In this document: positions 57,087 to 64,000 of the stretch, piece by piece | How positions within the stretch are numbered: the stretch's first letter is position 1 | Layout of the letters: each line of letters begins with the position of its first letter | Source of the DNA: Verrucomicrobiota bacterium | GTDB lineage: Bacteria > Verrucomicrobiota > Verrucomicrobiia > CAIQCK01 | Length of the DNA stretch: 64,000 bases | Direction of reading: 5' to 3' | Assembly (NCBI GenBank): GCA_026397915.1 | Contig: JAPLTX010000045.1 | Span: 152,561-216,560, forward strand | Position numbers and translations under genes: made by a program | Notes under the pieces: model-generated | Databases searched by the model: none | Seen by the model: the letters and a program-made list of their open reading frames with translations, nothing else | Told to the model about the DNA's origin: nothing

Positions 57087-57890
57087 TTACGGGCCAATCT
57101 TGTAGTGACGACGGATGGAGCGATCCACGAGGCCGGGGCAGACCGCACACAGCCAGCTCATACAGCGTAGCCACCACGGGACATAAACCTCGACAGGCTT
57201 CTCACGAACCGCACGGACGATGGCTTGCGCCACACGCGTGACCGGCAACCGTGAGGAACCGTGATCGGGATAATCAGCGGGCAGACGGGAACGGTCCAGG
57301 TTGCGCGGCATGTCCGTATCAATCACGCCGGGATAGACCGTGGTGAAATGGATATTCTCCGCGGCGAGTTCGATCCGCAAACTCTCCGTCAGGCCGGTGA
57401 CTGCCCACTTCGTCGCGGCATAAACCGCCATGTAAGGCAGACCCCGTCGGCTCACGCCGGAGGCGACATTGATGATGTGTCCCCCGCCCTGCCGAGCCAT
57501 GAGCGGCGCGGCAGCACGGATGGAGTGGACGACCGCCCAGAAGTTCGTGTCCATCAGATGCTCCATGTCATCCAACGGCATCGCAAGCAATGGCGCCATC
57601 CGCAACAAGCCGGCGTTATTGATGAGCACGTCAAGGCGTCCGAAGTGTCGGGCCACCGACTCCACCATCGCGCGCACCTGCTCCGAATCCTCCACATCAG
57701 CCACGTGAATGAAAGCGTCCGTGTTGTGGCGCGTCTTCAGCTCCAGCGCCAATCCCTCCAGACGATCCTTCCGCCGTGCAACCAGCGCGAGCCGGCATCC
57801 CGCTCGGGCCAGTTCGTGCGCCGTGGCCGCGCCAATCCCCGCCGAAGCGCCGGTGATGAGAACGACAAGAGAAGAGAGTTTCGCCTGCAT
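57087..57890 (-). CDS. SDR-family oxidoreductase
   Basis: ITGASAGIGAATA Rossmann, NNAG, YAATKWAV (YxxxK). Confidence 0.88.
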   Translation of the reverse strand: MQAKLSSLVVLITGASAGIGAATAHELARAGCRLALVARRKDRLEGLALELKTRHNTDAFIHVADVEDSEQVRAMVESVARHFGRLDVLINNAGLLRMAPLLAMPLDDMEHLMDTNFWAVVHSIRAAAPLMARQGGGHIINVASGVSRRGLPYMAVYAATKWAVTGLTESLRIELAAENIHFTTVYPGVIDTDMPRNLDRSRLPADYPDHGSSRLPVTRVAQAIVRAVREKPVEVYVPWWLRCMSWLCAVCPGLVDRSIRRHYKIGP

Positions 57891-58126
57891 CCCTCACACT
57901 CCATCACAACACCCGCCCGACCTCAAGGGCGCGTTGATACTGCCAATCCCTTTGCCTACACTGCGCGCACATTCAACTCGTTGTCGTGCCTCTGCATCAC
58001 GCTTGCAACGTCCAAGCGGGTTTTGACTTTCTGCTGAACTGTGGTTTGTTTGCACAACATTGTTCAGACTACGACTCATTCGACCACACGAGTTAGTAAA
58101 CGGCGCACTGACGGGAACATAACCAT

Positions 58127-59552
58127 GAGAACCCGAATTGCGTCGCTCTGGCCGTTGATCATTTGTTTCGCTCTTGTCTGGCCGCTGGTTTTCTGTCTCG
58201 CCGATCCGTGTTCTACCTGTCGAGGCACGGGCACCATTACATGCCCGCAATGCGGAGGAAGCGGGATTTCCCGCTGGACAACCATTCGCGGCCAGCGCGC
58301 GGCCTACGGCTGCGAGAATTGCGGCGGCATCAGCGGCGATCCAATGAGAGGCACGGGACGGCAAGGTCGTGGGCGCGTTCGTTGTCCAACTTGCGGTGGT
58401 TCGGGACAAACGCAGTCACAGTCATCCCCAGTCAACAATCCCTATCCGTCGCCCGACATGGAAGCGGAGCGACAGAGACAGTTGGAGGAACAGCAGAAGA
58501 AGGAACAAGAGGAGGCGAAGCGCAAGCGCGAGGAGTTCGAGAAGACGAAGCAGGAAGTCTTAAAGAGCATGAAGGGGATCGCGGAGAACGGCCTCGGCCT
58601 CAAAGATGTCCGCACCACGGACGCCCTTGGACTGAAGGGAATCGGAGACGCAAAGGTCGGCACCGCGGGGTTGAAGGGGATGGACGACAGCGGGTCGCGA
58701 CCGTCCGTTGGTTCCTCAACGGTTGATCTCCGGCACTTGGACCCAAACAAACCCATCACAGTTGATCCGAACGTCGTGAAAGGTCAGGAACGGGTCTTCC
58801 CGGTTCAAACCGACCCGGGGACGTTCAAGAACGCCAATTACAACAAAGGCTTTGACGCCATCCTGCGTGGCGATCCTGATTCTGCCGTGCTGTGTTTCGA
58901 GCAGGCGAGCAAAGAGCGCCCTGGTGATCCTCTGATTCGTAACGCGCTGCTGCTGGCCAAAGGCCTTGTCAACGTGCACCGACAACGGGAAGAGGACAAC
59001 CGGAAGAAGGCGGCGGCGCAGCCCGCCTCGAATGACGACAGCGCCTTGAAGTTGGCCATTGATGCAACCCCTGCCATGGAGCAGGGCGACTACGACACCG
59101 CCCTTCGCATGCTGAAACAAGCGCAAGCCATCAGCCCGAACAACCCCAACATCGCCAACATGCTGCGCTTTGTTCAAGGAGTGAAAGCGAAAGACGACAG
59201 CGCCATGAGCTATGCCGCTGATGCATGCAACTTCGTCAAACCAGGCCAATACAACACCGCCCTTCGCATCCTGAAACAGGCGCAAGCCATCAGCCCGAAC
59301 AACACCAACATCGCCGACACGATTCGCTACGTCGAAGGACAGAAGGCCAAAGACGACAGCGCCCTGAAGCTGTCCAGAGAGGCATATTATGCACTTGGGG
59401 AAGGCGACCTCGACAGGGCGTTTCGCGCATTGAAACAGGCACACGACATTTTGCCGAACGATCGGGGTTTTGCCGATGCACTCAACTTTGTTGAAGGGGC
59501 GGCAATGGAACGCGCGAATGCGGCCAAGAAGACGCCACCCGACAGAAAATAA
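58127..59552 (+). CDS. Signal/anchor + DnaJ-type CxxCxGxG zinc-finger domain + coiled coil + three ~38-aa helical repeats (ALRxLKQAQAISPNNxNIA...KAKDDSA)
   Basis: CSTCRGTGTITCPQCGGSG, CENCGG, CPTCGGSG = four CxxC(x)G motifs as in the DnaJ central domain; EQQKKEQEEAKRKREEFEK coiled coil. The ORF opens at 58041; Met 58127 precedes the hydrophobic segment. Confidence 0.6.
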
Positions 59553-59555
59553 GCC

Positions 59556-60446
59556 ATGAAGACATCCCGCAAAGCCGCAGCATTGTTTGTTCTAGCCTTG
59601 GTAATCGCAGCAGCGACAACACCGCGAGCCACCGCACAATCAGCCAATGACGCTTTCCGACAGGCGGTGGCTGAGCATCAGAAATCGCCGTTGGCCGATA
59701 CAACGGCGAGAATCATCAAGCTGGCGTCGGCGATGGAACAGTTGCCGCCGATTCCGGAGGAGGCGCGGCGACATTTCGTGATGGGCGGGACGATCTTCAA
59801 GGAAGCCAAGAGTGCGGAGAATTTCTCGCTGGCCACGCGCGAGTTCCTGGAAGCCGCAAAGCTGGCTCCGTGGTGGGCTGAGGCACGCTATAATCTGGCA
59901 CTCACCGAGGAAGCGGCGGGAAATTATTCTGGCGCGATGGCTGACTTGAAACTCTACCAGTTATTCAAGCTTCCCGACGCCGAGGCGAGAGCCGCTCAGG
60001 ACAAGATCTACGCGCTCGAGGCCAAGCAGCAGATGAAAGCTTCGGGTGATGCGGCCAAAGCAACGGAAGAAGGGCAAGCCAAAGATTGGATCGCAAAGCT
60101 GAACGGAGCGAGATTCTCGTTCACAAAACGTTTTGGCGCGAACCCCCCAGAATTTACACTTTTATACACCATCGGCGTGAACAATGGGGAAGTTGTCTTT
60201 GGTGCAACGCCGATCCAGTATTCACCTGAGATGATGAGAAATAACCGGGCAAGATTCAGGAAATACAACGAATCGGGCCGTGGCGTCATCCGTGGGCATA
60301 GCTTCACCATAAGGCCGTCGGGTGACGCATCAGAACTCTTTTGGGAGTTCGAGATTGATGATGATGGCCAAGCAGTGAGGGTTGTTCGAACTTCGAATCC
60401 ACCTTTGCAATTTGGCACGGAAGCAATCTTCCACCGTGAAAAATGA
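59556..60446 (+). CDS. Secreted TPR-like helical-domain protein, paralog 1 of 3
   Basis: Signal peptide; shared N-domain (AFRQAVAEHQKSP...IKLASAMEQLPPIPEEARRHFV...APWWAEARYNLAL...LKLYQLFKLPDAEARAAQDKIYALEAKQ); unique beta-rich C-terminus. Confidence 0.65.
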   Translation: MKTSRKAAALFVLALVIAAATTPRATAQSANDAFRQAVAEHQKSPLADTTARIIKLASAMEQLPPIPEEARRHFVMGGTIFKEAKSAENFSLATREFLEAAKLAPWWAEARYNLALTEEAAGNYSGAMADLKLYQLFKLPDAEARAAQDKIYALEAKQQMKASGDAAKATEEGQAKDWIAKLNGARFSFTKRFGANPPEFTLLYTIGVNNGEVVFGATPIQYSPEMMRNNRARFRKYNESGRGVIRGHSFTIRPSGDASELFWEFEIDDDGQAVRVVRTSNPPLQFGTEAIFHREK

Positions 60447-60490
60447 GTCTCCCGATTTTATCGGCGTTAGCAGCTTGGTTTTTTCGCAAT

Positions 60491-61390
60491 ATGATGAAAA
60501 CACTGCCATCACTCACCGCTCTCGGATCGCTCGTTCTCACCGTTTCGTTATCGGCGCAAGACCCCAGCACCAAAGCCGCCTCACCATTCCAGCAAGTGGT
60601 CGCAGACTATCAAAAGTCGCCATCGGATGAAGCGGTGGCAAAGGTCATTAAGCTGGCGGCGGCGATGGAACAGTTGCCGCCAATTCCGGAGGAGGCGCGA
60701 CGACACTTCGTGCGCGGCGGCGCGTTGTTCAAGGACGCGAAGAATGCCGACGACCTTTCGCAGGTCGTGGATGAATTCAAGGAGGCGGTTCGTCTAGCTC
60801 CGTGGTGGCCGGAGGCGCGTTACAACTACGCTTTGGCACAGGAGGCCGCTGGCCAATATCCCGGTGCTGTCGCCAATCTGAAGCTGTATCAACTGTTCAA
60901 GCTTCCCGACGCCGAAGCGAGAGCCGCTCAGGACAAGATCTATGCGCTCGAAGCCAAACAGGAAAAGATGCTGAAGGATGTAGGAGTGAAGGAAGCGGCG
61001 CGTCGATCGGTTCAAGGGTTGGCGGGCCGCTGGACGTGGCACAGCGACAAATGGCTAGCCAACGTGTATTTTGGCTACCAAATTACGGCGGACGGAAATC
61101 AAATCGCTGTTACTTGGACGGAATACTCGGGTGAATCTGTGGCGAATATGTCGGGGAAGCACTCGTTCAAGGGGACGATGAACGGCCGCGAAATCAACGG
61201 GGCATATTCGATTGACCGCTCCATGTGGCAGGGAGGCAAGGTTTTCACCTATCCGTTTCGCGGGACCATTAGCGAGGACGGAAACGAAATTCGTCTGAGG
61301 TATAAGACCATTGACATCACCGGCGCGACTGGGCTCAGACCCGATGGTTGGCGGGAATGGGACGAAGAAGCGGTGTTGAAGCGACAATAA
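60491..61390 (+). CDS. Secreted TPR-like helical-domain protein, paralog 2 of 3
   Basis: Same N-domain; a 66-nt stretch (60895-60960) is nearly identical to 59950-60015. The ORF opens at 60443, overlapping the previous gene; MMKTLPSL at 60491 gives a clean signal peptide. Confidence 0.65.
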   Translation: MMKTLPSLTALGSLVLTVSLSAQDPSTKAASPFQQVVADYQKSPSDEAVAKVIKLAAAMEQLPPIPEEARRHFVRGGALFKDAKNADDLSQVVDEFKEAVRLAPWWPEARYNYALAQEAAGQYPGAVANLKLYQLFKLPDAEARAAQDKIYALEAKQEKMLKDVGVKEAARRSVQGLAGRWTWHSDKWLANVYFGYQITADGNQIAVTWTEYSGESVANMSGKHSFKGTMNGREINGAYSIDRSMWQGGKVFTYPFRGTISEDGNEIRLRYKTIDITGATGLRPDGWREWDEEAVLKRQ

Positions 61391-61393
61391 GCA

Positions 61394-62248
61394 ATGAAAA
61401 GGAAAGCTCAGGACGCAATCGTCAGGGTGTTCCTGTCATTAACCTTCGCCTTGGCTGTGACGGCGACAGCACAGTCAACCAACGACGTCTTCAAACAGGC
61501 AGTGACAGAGTATCAGCAACGCCCCACTGACGAAAATGCTGCGAAGGTCATCAAGCTGGCTTTGGGCATGAAGCCAGCTCCCGCTATTCCGGAGGAAGCT
61601 GAGAAGTTCATTGCGCGCGGGCAGGCGGCGGTTGAAGCAGCCAAAGAACCCGCCGACTTCAAAGCGGCTGCCGCCGAGTTTGAGAAGGCCGTGCTGGCGG
61701 CCCCGTGGGTTGCAAACGTGTATTACAACCTGGGCGTGGTGCAAGACAAAGCTGGGGACTACACCGGCGCGATCCGCAGTCTGAACCTCTACCTGCTGGC
61801 TGCCCCGAATGCTGACGACACGCGGGCGGTCAAGTCGCTCATCTATAAGATCGAATTCAAACAGGAGAAAGCGGCGAAGGATGCAAGAGCGAAGGAAGCG
61901 GCGGCCGCCCAAGAGGCCAGCAAGCCAAAGACCGGCGAAGAACTCATCCGAAGCCTGAACGGGGTCAGATACATTGGAAACCATGTGCAAGACCGGCTCG
62001 CTGGCGAGTGGGATAACGCCTTGGAAATCCGCGGCAATCAAATGATCTCGAGCGTGATTTCCAACGGTGAATTCAAGGAGAGCTTCAACGGAACGATGCC
62101 GGAAAAAAGCCGCACGCCATTGAATGGCCGCGAATTCAACCACTGGATGGGGGTTGGGACGATCAGCGAGGACGGTGCCACCATAACTCTTCGCATGATC
62201 AATCCGAGCAACAAGCTCGTCGTTGAAACATACCGGCGTATCCGATAA
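61394..62248 (+). CDS. Secreted TPR-like helical-domain protein, paralog 3 of 3 (more divergent)
   Basis: Signal peptide; N-domain alignable (VFKQAVTEYQQRP...VIKLALGMKPAPAIPEEAEKFI...APWVANVYYNLGV); C-terminal GTISEDGATITLR motif shared with paralog 2. Confidence 0.6.
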   Translation: MKRKAQDAIVRVFLSLTFALAVTATAQSTNDVFKQAVTEYQQRPTDENAAKVIKLALGMKPAPAIPEEAEKFIARGQAAVEAAKEPADFKAAAAEFEKAVLAAPWVANVYYNLGVVQDKAGDYTGAIRSLNLYLLAAPNADDTRAVKSLIYKIEFKQEKAAKDARAKEAAAAQEASKPKTGEELIRSLNGVRYIGNHVQDRLAGEWDNALEIRGNQMISSVISNGEFKESFNGTMPEKSRTPLNGREFNHWMGVGTISEDGATITLRMINPSNKLVVETYRRIR

Positions 62249-62307
62249 CGAAACCAAGTTTTGAACGATCCCTCCGACCCGCTTAAGGAAGGACGGCTCG
62301 TCGCACT

Positions 62308-63003
62308 TCAAATGTCGGTTGACCCGGCTCGGAGATGGGTGGACGGGTTAATGTTTGACGGAGTTCTCGCCGTGCTGACGATGGTGTCGCTGAGTTGTTG
62401 AGTTGGAACATCTCCCAGCGGGCCTTTGAAGCAGGAGACGAGAATTGGAAGATGGCAGTTAGCAGTTTGGAGTGGGGGCGGGACGGACGCGGCTCGGATG
62501 ATAATGTGAGCGGGAGCGGGCAGAACGGGCAGAACAGCGAGAATATGCGAAAATAGGCCATTTTCTTCGACTTGGAGGGTTTCCACGCCGTCGCAAGAGA
62601 TCTTCTCGCCGCTGCAAGGGTCAGCCGCGCCGCCGTAAGATTCCGCTGCGCCGCCGCACGCGTCCGCCGGGCCGTTGCAAGGGGTGCTCGTGCCGTCGCA
62701 AGGGTCGTCCGGGCGGATGCAACGGGTGTCTGACCCGCTGTAAGAGTCAGCCGCGCCGATGTAATGGTCCGGCGGACGGGTGTAAGCTATCTCCGGGCGG
62801 ATGCAAATACTCTCCGGGGCAATGTAAGCATCCTTCGGGCGGATGTAAGGGTTGTCCGGGCCGATGTCACAAACCTCCGGGCGCGAGTGCCTATTTCCAT
62901 CCGTAGCAACAGTCGCTGGCGGGTGGTTGCGAGGTCTATGGCCGCGAAACCGCCGTTCAGACGGATCGTGAGACGGGCGCGGCGCGCCTGTCGGATCATT
63001 CAC
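62308..63003 (-). CDS. Cys/Tyr-rich heptad-repeat protein (13 tandem [Y/C]-[I/T]-[R/G]-[P/A]-x-[D/E]-x units) encoded by a 21-nt tandem DNA repeat
   Basis: YIRPKDA YIAPESI CIRPEIA YTRPPDH YIGAADS YSGSDTR CIRPDDP CDGTSTP CNGPADA CGGAAES YGGAADP CSGEKIS CDGVETL. Minus-strand third-codon positions are GC-rich (genome-like), whereas the overlapping plus ORF 62764..63069 has mixed third positions. 29 nt downstream of the SIAE stop. Confidence 0.5.
   Translation of the reverse strand: MNDPTGAPRPSHDPSERRFRGHRPRNHPPATVATDGNRHSRPEVCDIGPDNPYIRPKDAYIAPESICIRPEIAYTRPPDHYIGAADSYSGSDTRCIRPDDPCDGTSTPCNGPADACGGAAESYGGAADPCSGEKISCDGVETLQVEENGLFSHILAVLPVLPAPAHIIIRAASVPPPLQTANCHLPILVSCFKGPLGDVPTQQLSDTIVSTARTPSNINPSTHLRAGSTDI
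62584..62895. repeat. About 15 tandem copies of a degenerate 21-nt repeat (consensus CCGGGCGGATGTAAGNNTNNTC)
   Basis: Visible periodic CGGGCGGATGCAA / CGGGCGGATGTAA units; lies inside the 62308..63003 CDS. Confidence 0.8.
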
Positions 63004-63031
63004 GGCCCAAACGAAACGATACGGGCTGGCC

Positions 63032-64000
63032 TTATTTCTTCAGCCGCACGAGCACTTTCAGTTGCTTGACGACGTATTGGGAGGCGTTGTGGTTGAAGGT
63101 CCAGTCGAGAGTGCGTTGGCCGCTTGCGCGGCCGTCGCTGTTGCCGATGCCGAGGTCGGCGTTCTGGCCGGACTTCCAGTTGTTGAAGGCGAAGATGGTT
63201 TGCTTGGCGTTGAAGTTGTGGACCTGCATGGAACCGTAGCCATCCTCGGGGTCCGAGATCTGGTCGCCGAGATCCCAGACGGCGTCGGAGGCGTTGGGAA
63301 CCTTGGCGGTGTTGAGCGGGCCGTAGTTGTGCGGGAAGAACTCGATGTTGCCGGCGAGGTCGTTGCCGGTCTTGATGCGAGGGTCGCTGGAGAGGACGTT
63401 CATGTGGCTGACCTGGGTCTGGAACTTCGCCTTGGAGGCGACGGTGGGCACGCCGAGCTTGGCGAGGTCGGGAGTGAAAGCGTCCATCGAGACATAGACC
63501 CACTGCGTCGGCTCGCCTCGCTTGCGCAGCTCCAGGAAATAAGCGACGCGGTCAATCGGCCCGGCGATCTGCGCGCGGCGGTCCACGTCGTAGGTGATGT
63601 CGCGCTTGGCTTTGGCGAGGTCGAGGGCGTAAAGCAGTTGGTAGTCCTTCGCCTCGGAAACCTTCAGGGAGAGGATGTCCATCTGCGGCACTTTGCCGCT
63701 GCGGAACGCGGAGGCTGGCAGGCCTTCCTTGTTCATCAGGTTCGGGACGGCGGATTTGTCCCATGCGAAGCGCATCGCCGCCGGCTCTTTGATCTTGTCG
63801 GACGAAAGCACGACCGAGTCGCCTTCGATGGCCGCGTCGGCCTTGGTCCAGTCGGTTTCCTTGCCGATGATCTCGAACCAGTTGAGCGGCTTGGCGTCGC
63901 GGGAAACGAGGCCGCTGCCGATGTTGTCGAACCGGATGCGAATCTTGTCGCCCTCGATGGCCATCGCCTTGAAGGTCGGGCCGGAAGCGACAAGGTCGCT
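63032..64000 (-). CDS. Sialate O-acetylesterase (SIAE family), C-terminal part; 5' end beyond window
   Basis: Reading frame is open to nt 64000. ...SDLVASGPTFKAMAIEGDKIRIRFDNIGSGL...MRFAWDKSAVPNLMNKEGLPASAFRSG matches the conserved SIAE C-terminal region, followed by an extra ~200-aa domain. Confidence 0.7.
   Translation of the reverse strand, partial: SDLVASGPTFKAMAIEGDKIRIRFDNIGSGLVSRDAKPLNWFEIIGKETDWTKADAAIEGDSVVLSSDKIKEPAAMRFAWDKSAVPNLMNKEGLPASAFRSGKVPQMDILSLKVSEAKDYQLLYALDLAKAKRDITYDVDRRAQIAGPIDRVAYFLELRKRGEPTQWVYVSMDAFTPDLAKLGVPTVASKAKFQTQVSHMNVLSSDPRIKTGNDLAGNIEFFPHNYGPLNTAKVPNASDAVWDLGDQISDPEDGYGSMQVHNFNAKQTIFAFNNWKSGQNADLGIGNSDGRASGQRTLDWTFNHNASQYVVKQLKVLVRLKK

Noticed and set aside
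62764-63069. Plus-strand ORF reading the 21-nt tandem repeat as VSYLRAD/VSILRAD heptads
   Set aside because: Third-codon positions are compositionally mixed, unlike genes in this genome. The minus-strand frame over the same repeats shows the expected GC3 bias and abuts the SIAE gene in operon-like fashion.

Overview
This 64 kb window is GC-rich (about 62-65% GC) and looks like a chromosomal segment from a PVC-superphylum, Verrucomicrobia-type bacterium. That guess rests on gene content, since many of the glycosidase families here are typical of that group; no rRNA, tRNA, CRISPR array, transposase or integrase is visible. About 47 protein-coding genes are supported.

The window falls into four blocks:

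1. Nt 1-19,319 is an all-plus-strand carbohydrate-utilisation cluster. It contains an SGNH esterase, a six-hairpin glycoside hydrolase (GH) with an apparent frameshift, two paralogous large uncharacterised putative glycosidases, an SDR oxidoreductase paired with an enolase-superfamily sugar-acid dehydratase, a beta-helix/SGNH fusion, two tandem GH99-like proteins, a ConA-like protein and a GHL6-like hydrolase. A roughly 60-nt conserved element precedes three of its genes.

2. Nt 19,455-37,750 is a housekeeping block: accD, a ComF-like PRTase, a CPBP protease, DUF554, uppP, a thiS-thiH-(DUF2007)-thiG cluster with a LarE-like PP-loop ATPase, an HNH endonuclease, dinG, and an overlapping nadE-hemL-(S55-like peptidase)-(beta-propeller) operon.

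3. Nt 37,862-44,564 holds a Tat-secreted GH-like protein, a CE1 esterase, and long non-coding stretches. These carry 66-nt x3 and exactly periodic 42-nt x6 repeat arrays inside an AT-rich island, which is flanked by direct repeats. The block also holds a low-GC membrane protein and an S53 peptidase beside a remnant of an oxidoreductase gene.

4. Nt 44,736-64,000 is a sialoglycan-type catabolic cluster followed by a secreted repeat-protein cluster. The catabolic part has two Tat-signal Gfo/Idh/MocA oxidoreductases, two GH33 sialidases (one fused to an alpha/beta-hydrolase esterase), a BNR protein, a pyruvyl-transferase-like gene with an in-frame stop, and a partial sialate O-acetylesterase at the window edge. 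The repeat-protein part has a DnaJ-type zinc-finger plus repeat protein, three tandem TPR-like secreted paralogs, and a Cys/Tyr heptad-repeat protein built on a 21-nt tandem DNA repeat.

The most unusual non-coding signals are two things. One is a conserved stop-to-start palindromic hairpin present at two operon junctions. The other is the AT-rich island with its phase-exact 42-nt array.
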